Shown here piece by piece: positions 1-14,561 of a stretch of DNA of 64,000 nucleotides (position 1 is its first letter; each line of letters begins with the position of its first letter). This stretch comes from Octopus bimaculoides. Its lineage: Eukaryota. Location: assembly GCF_001194135.2 (NCBI RefSeq), contig NC_068987.1, forward strand, positions 8,745,409-8,809,408, read 5' to 3'. A model generated the notes under the pieces. That model ran no database searches. It had not been told where the DNA came from and worked only from the letters and a program-made list of their open reading frames with translations. A program made the position numbers and the translations under genes.

Positions 1-143
1 GATAACTCTCAAGAAAGGGGCAGGGGTGAAACAACTCCATCCTAGTTCCAAACAGAAACAAACAAAATAAAAACACAATAGCAACAAAGAGAGCTGTTAG
101 TTGAATATACTAGAAAATATCATGGATAACAGAAATGTATGTT

Positions 144-196
<53 letters not shown>

Positions 197-273
197 CAAT
201 TTGTTCTGCTAAAATTTGATAGAAAGTATGACAGAGTTACAATGAGATTAGCAAAAATGAATAGGAATCTCAC

Positions 274-391
274 CATTACTTCCTGGAGTTTGGATTCCCA
301 CATACCCACAAATACACCAGTACTTGCCGGGCGAGGGTTTGCATTTGGATTCGGTCGAGACATTGTTGTAGGCTTATGAAGTTATGTACTT
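274..391 (-). CDS. Candidate alternative start-codon exon (28-nt UTR + MSRPNPNANPRPASTGVFVGMWESKLQEVM), phase-0 donor
   Basis: Acceptor ttttttttgaaactacaaataaattccag|AAG at 391, in-frame upstream stop, ATG at 363, 30 codons, donor ATG|gtgaga at 274/273. Non-repetitive, GC-richer than flanks. A competing donor G|gtatgt lies at 306/305. Confidence 0.4.
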
Positions 392-2340
392 CTGGAATTT
401 ATTTGTAGTTTCAAAAAAAATAAAAGACGAGTGAAAATATTTGGTCCCTAAATAAAGCAAATCAAGCTACTACTGAATGTGAGAGATTGTCTTCTTCTTC
501 TTTTCTTAGGGTAGTTCCTCAGGAATTATAGTTGCACTGCCAATGCAATGCAGGGCAGTCTCTACCTTTCTCTCTAGGTGCTTTTTTTTTCTGCTGGTGT
601 GGTTTGCTTACTGCTTCATAAATGAAACTGATTAAGAATGTATGTATATGTACCTACAATATGAGCAGCCTCCCTCTACCTATTAGATATTCCCCTAACA
701 GCTGCTGAACCAAACTTTATCCCACCCATCCTCTGTACATCTATTACTTTCTCTCTCTTACATTCTCTATACCAGCATGCTACCCTTCAGTGCCCAGGTC
801 TGCTAATAGAGGCCTTCTACTAATCCTTACTGACAGTCTCACCAGCCATTCCACCTTACCATCAGCTTCATTACTCACACTGTTAAAAAGAGGAACTGTT
901 GCTATTGGCTGCATCATTTGTTATCTATCAAGGAGGCGAAAACTGTACAGATATACTACATGAGATTCTTTCCACAAAGTTACACAAACATCACATTTAG
1001 AGGAACTTGATGACAGTATGAAGAAACAGTTGTTTCTATCTCTGACTTTTACAAGATAACCTGAAACCAGCAAAGAATCAGCATAATATAAAAATGGATA
1101 TCATGCTCTTAGTAAAGTGAGGAAAGGAAGAAGAAAAACAAAACATTACAGCAGCTTCAAGGATTTTAATAAGACCAGGAAAACAAATATAAATAGAAAA
1201 CTTTAATAGAAAATCTTTAATAATATCTACAGGTAAAAGTTTATATTTTCAGTCAAATAGATGTAGGTATTTTAAATATATATTTTGAATTTATTTAAAG
1301 AAAATATTGATTCTTATTTTTACATATTTATGTATATTTCCTTAGTTACACATATCATACTTGGAAAGGTGATATGAGAATATTTAAGCTTAAATTTCTT
1401 TCACTCATCTAGGTGTATCTAAGATGTTAATAATAAAAAAACATATATAACTTAGCTTTATGAATGCAATTTTGATAGCTTACTTTAGATCTAACAAGAT
1501 ACACTAATATCAGAATAAAAATATGAAAATATATTAAACTTATAGAGAACAATACATAAATTATCAAAACAAAGAGAAATTAACAGATGTACTAGAAATT
1601 TTAAATAGATACAATTTATGAAGTATAGTGAATGAATATATATTTATTTAGAGAACTTTAAACAGTATCTTTTTTACCTAACTATAACTGTAGTGTATCT
1701 GTCGGAAATATATCATAAATATTGGGTGAGACGGAAAATGAAAAGGAAAACATTTTGTATAAAAATTTTTTAAATATTATAAAACTTGTAATGTGTGCAT
1801 GTGAGCGTGTTTGTAAGAATATAGGCGTGGGTATAGGAGTTAGAGAGCTTGCTTCTCAACCACATGGTTTTGGGTTCAGTTCCACCGCAGCATCCTAGGC
1901 AATGCCTTCTACTAAGCAAAGGCATGGATGTGCAGTTAAGAAGTTTGCTTCTGAAGGACATGGTTTTGAGTTCAAGCCTATTGTGGTACCCTGGGCAAAT
2001 GTTTTATACAAAAAATACCAGGACAACCGAAGCCCTTAAATGGGTAGACAGAATCTGAAATAAGTCCATCACACACCTCGGTGTGTGCCTCAATCTCTTC
2101 TTTCGACGTAGCATGAATGCCACACAGTCATAGAAGTAGCATCATTTGATTCCAATCTTCCATAGAAACATGTCAGACCATATGGAAACATTAACTTGCT
2201 TGGAAACAAGTGAAGATGAAGGTTGACAACAAGAAAAGCATCTGGCCATAGAAAATCTGCCTCAGCAAATTCAATCTCACCCATGCAAGCATGGAAAAGT
2301 GTACATTAAAATGATAATGATGAGGGTGGTAAATAAGTAA

Positions 2341-2377
<37 letters not shown>

Positions 2378-2592
2378 ACTTTTATAAGTAATATTCTAAA
2401 AGAATGTGTATATATATAATCTACATTCAGATTTTTATACATATTGATATTTATATTTCGTATATTTATATTTGAAATTTGAAATTTATTATGTTGCCGC
2501 GTCATATTGGATGTATGTCTTTCGAAATATTAAATATTGATTTCCTGAGTATATTATTGATAAGTTTATGAATTTATTAATAATATAAAAAA

Positions 2593-2646
<54 letters not shown>

Positions 2647-2891
2647 CAGAAATGTGTTTGGACATATACCTATATACACATACATACACACAAATGTTTA
2701 GACTTGTGTGTGTATATTTATACATGTATGAATTTGTGTGCATATATTTGTGTGTGTGTGTGTGTGTATAGAGAGAGAGAGAAAGAGAGAGATATACATA
2801 TGCACATACATACACATCATCATTTAATGCCTCTTTTCTATGTTGGCATGGGCTGCATAACAGGAACTAGTGAGCCTGATAACTGTGCCCA

Positions 2892-2926
<35 letters not shown>

Positions 2927-3298
2927 NNNNNNNNNNNNNNNNNNNNNNNNNNNNNNNNNNNNNNNNNNNNNNNNNNNNNNNNNNNNNNNNNNNNNNNNNN
3001 NNNNNNNNNNNNNNNNNNNNNNNNNNNNNNNNNNNNNNNNNNNNNNNNNNNNNNNNNNNNNNNNNNNNNNNNNNNNNNNNNNNNNNNNNNNNNNNNNNNN
3101 NNNNNNNNNNNNNNNNNNNNNNNNNNNNNNNNNNNNNNNNNNNNNNNNNNNNNNNNNNNNNNNNNNNNNNNNNNNNNNNNNNNNNNNNNNNNNNNNNNNN
3201 NNNNNNNNNNNNNNNNNNNNNNNNNNNNNNNNNNNNNNNNNNNNNNNNNNNNNNNNNNNNNNNNNNNNNNNNNNNNNNNNNNNNNNNNNNNNNNNNNN
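2927..3298. other. Assembly gap (N run) after (TA)n
   Basis: N run. Other gaps: 7648-7686, 26277-26672, 38302-38311, 42998-43401, 51698-51707, 58356-58439, 60643-60773. Confidence 0.99.
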
Positions 3299-3364
3299 CT
3301 GTAGTTTTTTCACTCTTATTATCTTTTATACATCCAACCACGTGCTTTCACATACCAACTTTCT

Positions 3365-3416
<52 letters not shown>

Positions 3417-3451
3417 CATACATACATAGAGAGAGAGAGAGAGAGAGATTG

Positions 3452-3865
3452 ATGTAGCTGCATGGTTAAGAAGTTTGCTTACCAACCATGTAACCTCAGA
3501 TTTAGTCTCACTGCAAGCAATCTTGGGCAAGTATCTTCTACTAAAACCCAGGTCCTACAAAGTGAAAACTGAAAAGAGCCTGTCATAAATGCATGTTTAT
3601 ATACATGTGTGTGTATGTATGTGTGCATACTTTTGTCTTGACATCTTATGATGGCTGTAAATGAACATCATCATCATCATCATGATACAAGTGATGTTCT
3701 TTTCAAGTTTTCAGTGAAAAAACAAGCCTCGTTATAGGGAAATATTAAATTGCTTGGAAACAGATGAGAGTTGGTGACAGGAAGGGCATCCAGCCATAGA
3801 AAATCTGCCTCAGCAAATCGTGTCTGACCCATACAAGCATGGAAAAATGGGCGCCAAATAATGAT
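3452..3865 (+). mobile_element. SINE with family-A tRNA head and RTE-type tail (family A2)
   Basis: Head as in family A; body cttgacatc...ggaaacagatgagagttggtgacaggaagggcatcc...aaaatctgcctcagc...caagcatggaaaaat. Similar copies at about 1925-2325(+), 4242-4650(+), 17765-18105(-), 60180-60632(-). Confidence 0.75.
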
Positions 3866-5864
3866 ACACACAACACACGCATGCACACACACACAAATAT
3901 AGGCACACATCTATAAATAATGTAAGTGAAAGATATGATAGTGTTGATAGCACTATCTTGAATTGGTAACAAAAATACAAGAAAATGTAGAATTTTATCT
4001 GCTTTCATATTTTGTATTGCAACTTGAAAATTCATTTTTAATCCTATTCAAACAATAATCTTGAAACTAAATGCTATAATTATAATATCTAAACTTCCAT
4101 ATTGACACACTGTTCACTATTCCTGCTAATATATATTACAATGGCTTAAAATGATTTTATGAACTTTTCAAAGCTCACTACAAATTTTATAAGGAATTAC
4201 AAGGATTTATTGCAATATTTTGAATTTACAGAAGTGATAGGCACAAGTATGGTTGTGTAAGGTATTTTGCTTCCTGACCATATAGTTTCAGGTTTAGCCC
4301 TACTGTGTGGTGTCTTGAGCATGTGTCTTCTATATCACTGGGCTGACCAAAGCCTTGTGAGTGGATTTGGAAGATGGAAACTGAAAGAAACCCACCATTT
4401 GTGTGTGTTATTGTCTTCTTGTCTTGACATCACTTATAAGCAACTGTCACTGTAATGCAGGTGATGTTCTTTGTTTCTAACCTGCTGGAAAAACATTTGG
4501 CCATAGAGAAATAGTCACTTGTTTTGAAACAGCTTAGGGTTAGCAACAGGAAGTGCATCCATCTGTAGAAAATCTACCACAACAAACTCCATCCAAACCA
4601 TGCAAGCATGGAAAATTGAACATTAAGATGATGATGATGATGATGATGAAGAAGGGCTAATTAAAATGGAATAATTTTATGTGCAATATTTCATGTTTTA
4701 ACTCGCATGTAAATCTGTACTGTCTAACCTTACTTACAACTATTTTTCAAGTGAATGTTATATAAATTACATCTAGTAATTCATGCTGCATGATCGTTAA
4801 CTAAACTAGGACAACCACATATTTAAACGAATACTCTAAATGTGAAATAAAGATAAATGTGGTTAAAGAGGCTTGCTTTACAACCCTCTGATTTGGGGGT
4901 TCAGTCCCATTGTGCAGCACCTAAGACAAGTATCTTCTACTATAGCCTCAGTTCAACTAATGCTTTGTGAATGTATTTGATAGGTAGAAACTGTGTAGAA
5001 GCCTATCATGTGTGTGTGTGTGTGTGTGCACGTCTGCATTTCTCTCCCAGTGCTCAACAGTGTTGGTTTGTTTACGTTCCTGTCACCTAGCAGTTTGGCA
5101 AAAGAAATCAACAAAATAAGTGCCAAACTTTAAAAAATGAGTACTGGGGGATGATTTGTTTGACTAAACCCTTCAGCATAGTCGCAGTCCAGCGAGTGGG
5201 AAAAAATAAGGGATAATGATAAAAGAATTTTATTCCTTTTAAAATATTTTTTAGGATTTGTTTTTCAACACTCCATAATCAATAAAATTCATGCCAGTGG
5301 TATATTGAACTAATTTCTAACAACCATGTTTTTGTTGAAATAAAGACTAAGGCAGAAAAGCAATTTTTGGGAAGTCAATATAATTATTCATCAACCTTTT
5401 GTCACCAGATTTATGATTATGAATTCCATGTGTCTGTGTGTTTAGATGATGTTTATTATAATAGCCCATAATATTTATTTCTTTACTGCCCACAGGGGAC
5501 TAAACATATGGGGGAACAAGCAAGTACAGACAGCTGTAAAAATCCTGCCAAAACAGTCACAGAAGTTTGGTGCAGGCTTCTGCCTGGCCGGCTCTTGTGA
5601 AACCGTCCCACCCATGCTAGCATGGAAGGTGGACGTTAAATGATGATGATGATGATGATGATGATGATGGGATTTTAAGAGTTTGCCTAATTTTTAATTC
5701 TCCTCTTTGAGCTCAATTCCACAGTGCAGCAGTTTCTGTCAACTGGATTTTGTTCAGAAGTCATTTGTTAACCCAAAGCTATATAGAAGATACTTGTCTA
5801 AAGTGTTTACACAGTGGAACTGAACTTAACCAGACAGACAACTATACCTGTGCATAGGGAGTTC

Positions 5865-6172
5865 TTTTTTTTTTTTTTTGCGCCCTTTTAAAGCCTAGCC
5901 AGGCTCATGGGCCCAGTTTCCATGGCGTTTGTGTTCCCCCCAGCTGGACGGGACACCAGTCCATCGCAGCGTTACTCAAGAAACAGGAAGAAAGAGTGAG
6001 AGAAAGTTGGGGCGAAAGAGTACAACAGGGGTCGCCACCACTCACTGCCGGAGCCTCGTGGAGCTTAAGATGTTTTCACTCAATAAACACACAAAACGCC
6101 CGGTCTGAGAATCGAAACCGCGATCCTCTGACCGCGAGTCCGCTGCCCTAACCACTGGGCCATTACGCCACT
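5865..6172 (-). mobile_element. tRNA-derived SINE related to family E, with poly(A) tail
   Basis: Minus head ggcccagtggttagggc...ggtttcgattctc; poly-T at 5865-5879 on plus; TSD-like tgcatagggagt / tgcataaggagt. Confidence 0.8.
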
Positions 6173-8769
6173 ACATGCATAAGGAGTAGATGTAGATATA
6201 TTTAAAAAGCCATACAAGAGAGAAGGAAAAGAGACATTCTTTTATTTTTTTTACTGGTTTCAGCATTTAAGAAGAACTTGACATATAGAAAAATAAAAGG
6301 GTTTCACAATCATACAACATACAGAAGGCCACAAATAGAGGAATCCATTATATGGACAACAGAACTGACAACAGATGCTACCATTAGTTAGTAATATTCT
6401 ACACTTTGGTCTACTACAAACAGGTGTGTATGAAACTGAAGATTTAATGGGAAGTAGTAAGAAGAAATTTGTAAGCAAAAGGGAAAAAAAGTGTTCAACA
6501 AAAGAGCGGTATGTCGGTAGGCAGAAGGGGTACATTGAGAAGAAGGAAATACAAGAGTAGCAGGAAGAAATGAATCAGAAGGTGTTAGCCAAGTACTAGG
6601 TACAGAAATGTAAGCGAAAAAGCAGAGATAAACAAAAGAAAACTACTGTAATAGAGAATACAGAGTTTAATGTTATAATACTAAGTGATGCCAAAATTAA
6701 ATAACAGTGCTATTCTGAAGAAGGAGAAACAACGATATTAGTTTCTTTGTACAAAGATAACTGAAGATTCAGTTGCTGAAAATTCTATTATGTGAAATAC
6801 TATAGAGGTTCCTTTTATAAAGAGTGAAGGGAATAACAAGACGATAACAATCAAAGTTGTTTATTACATTTTTTTTTCTTTCATATTATCTATCATTAGA
6901 CATTACAAAACAAAAAAAAAAAAAAAAAAAAAAAAAAAATGAAAGAGGTTAAGGTAGAATTTCTTAAAAGATAGATTGATAGTAGGAAATAAAATGAAAA
7001 ATTATTGTAGTAGATGTTCTATGTAGGGTATGGATGTGGCTGAAATTTGCTTTGCAACCACATGGTCCCAGGTTCAATATCTCTATGCAGCACTTTGGAC
7101 ATATGTTTTCTACCATGTTGACCAATGGCCTTGTAAGTGAAATTTGGTAGACAGAAACTGTGTGGAAGCCACATTATCGTATATATATATATTCAGTGTA
7201 CAGAATACTCCAACATATTTTTCCTCAACTGATATTCATAATCAATATCACTACATTCCCTCAATCATCGTCATCATAATCATTATTGTATCATCTGATA
7301 TCCATTTTCCATGCTGGCATAGGTTGGATGGTTTGACAGGAACTAACAAGCCAAAGGACTGTGTCAAACTCCAGTATCTACTTCGATATGGTTTCTAAAG
7401 ATGGAAACTCTTCTTAATGTCAACCACTTTACAGAGTGTATTGAGTACCCTTTTTTTTTGTGGCACCAGCACTTATGAGGTCACCAAAACAAGACAGGAC
7501 CCACTTCAACTGAGTGGGATATAGTATTGAGGGATGTGACAATATGATTGAGGAACAGGAACAGGTGTCTTGCTGAAGAGCTGCATACATGGCTAGAGAG
7601 AGGGGGGGAGGAAGAGAGCGAGAGGGAGAGAGAGAGAGAGAGAGAGGNNNNNNNNNNNNNNNNNNNNNNNNNNNNNNNNNNNNNNNAGAGAGAGAGAGGG
7701 AGAGAGAGAGAGAGAGGGAGAGAGAGAGAGGCTGAGGGTGTAAATATAAGAGAGTGTAAGTCCCATTGAGGAACAGTAAAGGTGGATGGGTAGGTAGGTA
7801 AGTTTGTGAGAGTGTGAAAAGAATGTGACAAATTATTAGAGATGAGGATTGAGGTGGACATCCCTATTAGCATTCTGAATTGCCTGGATTTTTCATTTCA
7901 CAGCAGCTATAAGCGTCCAACTTACCAGGAAACTGTCCAATTTGAGATTTGAAGAAAAACTGATGCAATTACCTATTTATAATAAGGCCAGGTCACCTCC
8001 TTTACTGACCGGTTGCCCTTGTTTGAAATGGACCCAGTCTGCTCAGTATAATGATAGTTACGGCATTTTGGTTGAAGCTATTGATCAGAATCTATAACTT
8101 TTTCTGAACAGACCTCTGATCTATCGGCTCCAGCACTCCAGTCTCGGGGTGAGTTTGCTTAACTATTGCACATTAGGTTGATATTGTAGGCAAATCACAG
8201 TTGGTATTTCCTCTGACAGAAATGGAAATACCAAAATTACATTGTGTCTTCCACTTAATGTTTTCTAGGAAGATATTGGAAAATACTGAGTAGAGGAGAC
8301 ACAGTCGTTATAGACATCGTTGTCCTGAAGAAATCTCTGTTATTCAGATCTATTTGAATTTTCATACAGTGCTTGAACCACTTGGATGAGATTCTATTCA
8401 AGTTGTAATCACTTATCACTTGCCACAAACCTCATATCACATACAAATAGAAATCATCATTCCCATTATTTTATGCTTGCTCTCCACACTGACTTAGGTT
8501 AGGTGGGACTTTTTAGTCTATATTAATTTTTATTTGGAGTTACTATCCACCTAGCCATGTCAAAGACCTGTCTCATTTATCTGTTCCATTTTTTGCATGG
8601 TTATCTTTTAATAAGGATGTTAGTTGTTCTACACACAGAAAAAAGTACTCAATACACAAAGTAGAGTATATATATTTTGTGATTCAAGAAGTTGCCTGAA
8701 TCATAGTTCTCACTTTTCTGATTTGTCAAATTATGTACATATGACATATATGCAGGTGTATGTGTGCGC

Positions 8770-8804
<35 letters not shown>

Positions 8805-9545
8805 CATGTTTGCATGAATGAATGTATGTATATACGTAATGTACATGTATCTATGTATGTGTAAACTAACGTTTATCACATTTCACTTATTTGGACCAAT
8901 ACATAGTACTTAATTTACTGTGGTGACTAAATTTGTTAGAAGTACCAGAAAAACCTCCTTCAAACCACACACACACAAAAAAAGGCACATTAGATAGAAT
9001 ACTCTTAAACAAACAAACAAACAAACAAACACACAGACATACAAAAAAAAAAAAGAGAGCTAATGTTCATAGCTTAAATGTCTTTGATCAGATCATGGCT
9101 GTACTTGATCAGAGCTGACATGGATTTTAAAACCCAATAACAACTCTCTCTATGAAGTAAAAAAAAAAAGACTGGGGGGAGGTGGGCAGAAGCAGAAAGA
9201 CTGAACGTAGTGGAATGGCTACTCCAGAATCCTAAACATGTAACCTCACTAATACTACCAAAGAGTTGTTTACTATCTTAGTTGTAATCTTTTACATGTT
9301 TTTATGGTTTTATGTAGCTCTGTTTTATCAAAATGCACTAGTTCCTCATGTTGATTGCATTAAGTAATTATCTGAGTCTAAATAAAAATCTAAGATGAAA
9401 TAAAACCCTACAGCAGTTCAGTCTAACCTTTGAACTTCTGTGACACTAAGTCGGGAACAGAGAGAGAGAGGGGGGGGAGAGATGGGAAATAATTATAAAA
9501 AAAAGATAACATGATTTTCTAACGTTATAAAATTAAAGCCAGATT

Positions 9546-9634
9546 TCACAGAGTAACTTCAAATTTTTCAATTAGCCACAAGTATACATGAGCATACACA
9601 CACATGCATGTGTATATATATGTATATGTGTGTG

Positions 9635-9677
<43 letters not shown>

Positions 9678-9985
9678 ACATACATACAAACACACACATA
9701 CTGACAAGACACACACACACACACGCATATATACTGACAGCACACACCCATACACACATATACACATACATACTGACAACACACAAACACACAACTTTTA
9801 CATTTGTTTTACCAGGCTGGCATGGTTGGACATATCTACATACTGATGTGGGTGTGTGGGTACATACACATACCCACTGTTACCTATCAGAATCTGCGGA
9901 ATAAAGCTTAGCAACAAATCAGCTTTGAATCAGAGCAGAACAGTAGTTCTTCACTCTTCACCCTATTTTATAAGTATTGGTGTGA

Positions 9986-10021
<36 letters not shown>

Positions 10022-10030
10022 TAGACAGAT

Positions 10031-10061
<31 letters not shown>

Positions 10062-10110
10062 TAGACAGATAGATAGTGAGAGAGAGAGATGGAGAGAGAG
10101 AGTCTAACAA
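9546..10110. repeat. Compound CA/TA/GA microsatellite region with higher-order repeats
   Basis: Three units of catactgaca/tatactgaca + (CA)n at about 9695-9790, and a duplicated 40-bp (GA)n-tagacagatagatagt unit at about 10000-10085. Confidence 0.85.
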
Positions 10111-10644
10111 CTGTTACTGCTAATGTTATACTGGATACAAGTTGGCAGGAGTTTGAAGTGCCTACAAAAACCTTACCTAGCACACAATACCATAATTGCA
10201 AGAGCAGAAAACGGGGGAGATAAACAATCCTAGATTTTATTTTTTTTAACAGACTGGAAAGATAAAGGTTGTAGAAAACATAAAGATCCTGATATATAAT
10301 GCTAGAGGCAAGTGAACGCAGAAAAGTAGTAATAATTTTATCACACATATACACACACATCCACACAAACATATTGCAAGATTTACAAAGTAAGGTATTG
10401 AAGGAGGTGTTTAAGAAGCTGTCATTGGTGGTGGTGGGGGGGAGGCATAGTGTAGGTGTTGAAAAGGTTATTTATAATGCTGATATAAGAATATAAAAAG
10501 CAACGGGTGCAATCCATGTGTGAGGTATTTTCAGAGTTAAGTTAGAAAATAGGGGTGTGGTAGTGAAGAAAGAAACCAACTTGAAGATAAAATTTGCTTC
10601 AGTTTTTCACCTACACTAACTATTTGTAGGTATGTGTATATATA

Positions 10645-10689
<45 letters not shown>

Positions 10690-11491
10690 ATACGCATGCA
10701 TATGTAGACACACATGAAGGGAAGTGGAAATGAAAAGAGCAATTGTTTTAAAAGATCTGAGACAGTATTGGTGAGAATTCTTTGTAACTATTATAAAATT
10801 TGATATCTTGTTCATAACTGTCACCATGCCTGCTTGAAAAGATCAGATGTTTCCTATTTATGAACACGTAAGTTTTTGAAATTATCTCCCTTTGACTTTG
10901 AAAATTGTTAGCAATTGCCACTAGGTTTTTGTGTACTTTCTCCAACAAAGAAGCAAATTTCAATTCACTTAGAATTTTTCTCATACATGATTTAATTACC
11001 TCACCAGGTTCCTAAATTATAAGATATACAATTTAAAGTATATAGTCTATAATTACAGATTAGCAATACGGTGACTCAATAGCAAAAGTGTACCTTAGTC
11101 ACACTACATAAACATATTATGTTGTGACAGTTCATTCATGAAAAAAACCTCTCACATGATGGCACTGACAGTGTATCGTAATTCATGTCCCATCAATACA
11201 ACTACACGCACTGTTTACCATATGTCTTAATTACCAAACTTACCACTGTAACATTTGTACATCTAGAAGTTTTGTTAATTTTCCATTAATTAGTTCAGCT
11301 ATCCTAACTGCAGAGAGGAATGGGCGCCACTAGGCAAAGGGTCTAAGGTATGTTATGCAAAGAATACAGCATTCAGAAGTGACCGCCCCAACAACCCAAA
11401 ACTTTATTAAAATATCCATTTTGTGCATATATCCAGGAAGGAGCTGCCTCATACAGCTGCTAGAGCATATCAAAAATCATTATTAACTATT

Positions 11492-11655
11492 AGGCGTAGA
11501 AGTGGCTGTGTGGTAAGTAGCTTGCTTACCAACCACATGGTTCCGGATTCATTCCCACTGCGTAGCACCTTGGGCAAGTGTCTTCTACTATAACCTCGGG
11601 CCGACCAAATCCTTGTGAGTGGATTTGGTAGACGGAAACTGAAAGAAGCCTGTCG

Positions 11656-11722
<67 letters not shown>

Positions 11723-11933
11723 TTGTGTGTCTGTGTTTGTCCCCCCAACATCGCTTGACAACCAATGCTGGTGTGTTTACGTCCCAGTAACTTAGCGGTT
11801 CGGCAAAAGAGACTGATAGAATAAGTACTAGGCTTACAAAGAATAAATGCTGGGGTCGATTTGCTCGACTAAAGGCGGTGCTCCAGCATGGCCACAGTCA
11901 AATGACTGAAACAAGTAAAAGAGTAAAAGAGTA
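11492..11933 (+). mobile_element. tRNA-derived SINE family A, near full-length
   Basis: A-box-like tggctgtgtgg, B-box-like ggattcattccc, CORE-like ccttgggcaagtgtcttct, internal (TA)n(TG)n, 3' part ending aaacaagtaaaagagtaaaaga. Confidence 0.88.
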
Positions 11934-13914
11934 TTAATATATTTTTCAAATTTTCAGCCTGTATGAGACAACTCCTGACATGTTTTAGCCTTATTGTCAC
12001 CTCATCAATAGAACATAACCTTTATCCAAATCATCAAAATAGTGTTGAAACAATCACAAAGTAACTATACAAAATTGTACATTGTTAGGAATATGAAAAC
12101 AGAATTGTTTGGAAAATGACATAGAAATAGCCAGCCTCAGTTTAAGTTCTAAGATTTTACACATCTTTACAGGATGTAATTTAGTCTATGAAATTATAAA
12201 GTAATGAAGATCAGAACAGTAAAACCGGTTATTATTGCTGGTAAGAAACGCTAAGGAGGTAAATCATGTTTGTGTGTGTTTACAGATTAAGTATCAAAGC
12301 ATTTAGAAGAGTTTTTGTTCTTTTCCTTTTTAAATGTATTTATTTATTCATTTTGTTAATTGAAACACCATATTAAGTGGCTATTATTATTATCTTAAAT
12401 CTTTCAAGATATAAGTATATTAAGGGATTAGAAGAGAGGAAAAAAATCTTCTCATAATGAGAGATTAGTCTACTATAATCAATAGAATACTTTTATTATT
12501 TTAAATAAAGTTTACCTGAGAAAAACAATATAGTGACTCAATGACTTTATCTTATATTTTTCAGTTTTTCCAACACAAAGAGGCTAGTCCTCATATTCTG
12601 AAGCTATTATTAAACCTTTCCAAATCTTACAAGCTGTTGAAATGCATTCAGGAAAAAACTATTCAGAGGTAAAAAAAAAAAAAAAAAAAAAAGCTCTTGG
12701 ATACAAGATTATTTATAATTTTGTTAATGACTTACTAAAGAAGACGAGGCTAAAATGTTTGACTTCAATGATTAGGTATGTATCTTGCAACAGTCGTGCT
12801 ATTTACTAGACTAATGTACTTAAATCTACCTGAAATAATGTACCTAGCTTGCATAAATATACAGGTAGCAATCATATTGTGAAGCTAGGCCACGAGGATA
12901 GACTGGTACAGTTATAGTTTTTTGTTTTGCTTTGTGAAATAAGTACGAAGCAGGCAAAATAAAAGAAATAACTCATTTTAATTTATATAATTACATAGCA
13001 CTTGGTGCAGCCTTCTGGCTTGTCTGTTCTCAACAAATTTTCCAACCCCTGCCAGCTTGGAAAAGGGGATTTTAAATGATGATGATGATGACATAATATA
13101 TTCAAAGTGCAACAAATGAAAATATATAACAATGTATATAACAAATGTATTAAATTGAATATTGTGACAAGAAGGGAATTTTTACATTTTTTTTTCCAGC
13201 TACTTTTACCCACCCTTATATAAAATGGGGTAGCCAAATATTTGTGCCTATCCCTCTATCTTTCTCTTGACCCTTAACATCTGGCATAAAACCAATCTTC
13301 CTCTCTACTACAGCCCCACTCAGTCTAAGAGTCATTTTCTCTGCCTTGCAAGTTACTTGGCAACCTCACTAGTGCCAGCATCACATAAGAAGCAACTAGT
13401 ATATTCTATAAAACAGTTGGTATCAGAAAGGGCATCCGGCAGTAGAAACCATGCCAAAACTAAAATTGGAGCTTGACACAGTTCTCTTGGCTTTTTAGAT
13501 CCTGTCAAACTATCCAAACCATGCCAGCAAGGAAGACATATTTAATGATGATGATGATGATAATGATTGTTGTTGTTGCATGCAAAACAATTGGACATGA
13601 TGCTTTATAAAATCTATTTTGGGGACCTAATGCTCTATCTAAAATCCAGCTAGGGGCATTTGCCTTTTCATGCTTCTCTTGTTAAGATTAATCAAATAAT
13701 TAGTAGTTCATTTGTAGCCATATCTTCTTACAGAAAAAAGTACTGTTTTAACCATCCTCAAAAAATTATAATTAGCCGAAAGGAAAAAGACCTCTGCTTC
13801 TTACCCTGATTATCGCTCTTGGTATATGAACTCATCTAATAGATTCAGTCTTCAGGATGTTTATACGAAGGATATTTTTAAATATGCCTAATTAAAACAT
13901 TATTCAGTAACCAG

Positions 13915-14290
13915 GATGATACTTAAACTTAACTTAGAAAAGAATAAAGTTTTAGCAAATAGGAAAACAGAGAGAGCTCTCTTTCCATCAGGGAAATGGC
14001 CTTGCTCAACATGTAGAAAAGGAATAAATAGAAATTCCATATAATGTACCCAATGGAAACTATGGACACACAAGAGGTTTAGTGGTATCACAGGTAGATT
14101 AAGAGAGAAAGTAGTCGTTGAATGTAGGAGATCTGCAGGAGCAATAAACACTAAAAGCATATGGAAAATAGATTTTCTCAAATGCCCAGGAGAATCCCTA
14201 TAGGTAGCAGATAGCTTCTGTTATCTCGGTGACCTATCTGAAAGTGATAGGTTTGCTACTGCAAATGATTCACACGGTTTACAATATTAC
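13915..14290 (+). mobile_element. RTE-clade LINE ORF fragment (RT C-terminal region with Cys-rich insert), decayed
   Basis: Plus-strand translation LKLNLEKNKVLANRKTERALFPSGKWPCSTCRKGINRNSI*CTQWKLWTHKRFSGITGRL...KCPGESL*VADSFCYLGD, matching RTE-type KVNxxKTK...VDSFCYLGD motifs with a CxxC insert; contains internal stops. Confidence 0.8.
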
Positions 14291-14561
14291 TGTGAATTCA
14301 CTCATAAGCAATTATTGGCAACTTCAACGATTTCATTAATGTCACTTAAATAGGTTAAGTATTGTTTTATTAGAAAGGACATAAAGTGAATTATACATGT
14401 GTGTGTGTGTTCATGCACGCATGCACGTACACATAGTTGCAAGCATGGCTGTGTGATTAAAAAAATAGCTCTATAATGATATGGCTTCAAGTTCAATTCC
14501 AGTGCACAGCACCTTGAACAAGTGTCTTTTGGAAACTCTGGTTAAGCAATGCTTTGAGAGT

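Noticed and set aside
2704-3452. Long ORFs through N runs and TA/CA/GA/TAA microsatellites (also 26072-26746, 42859-43606, 46818-47361, 60532-60939)
   Set aside because: Open only because of Ns or simple repeats (poly-IY, CV, TH, I, L, N).
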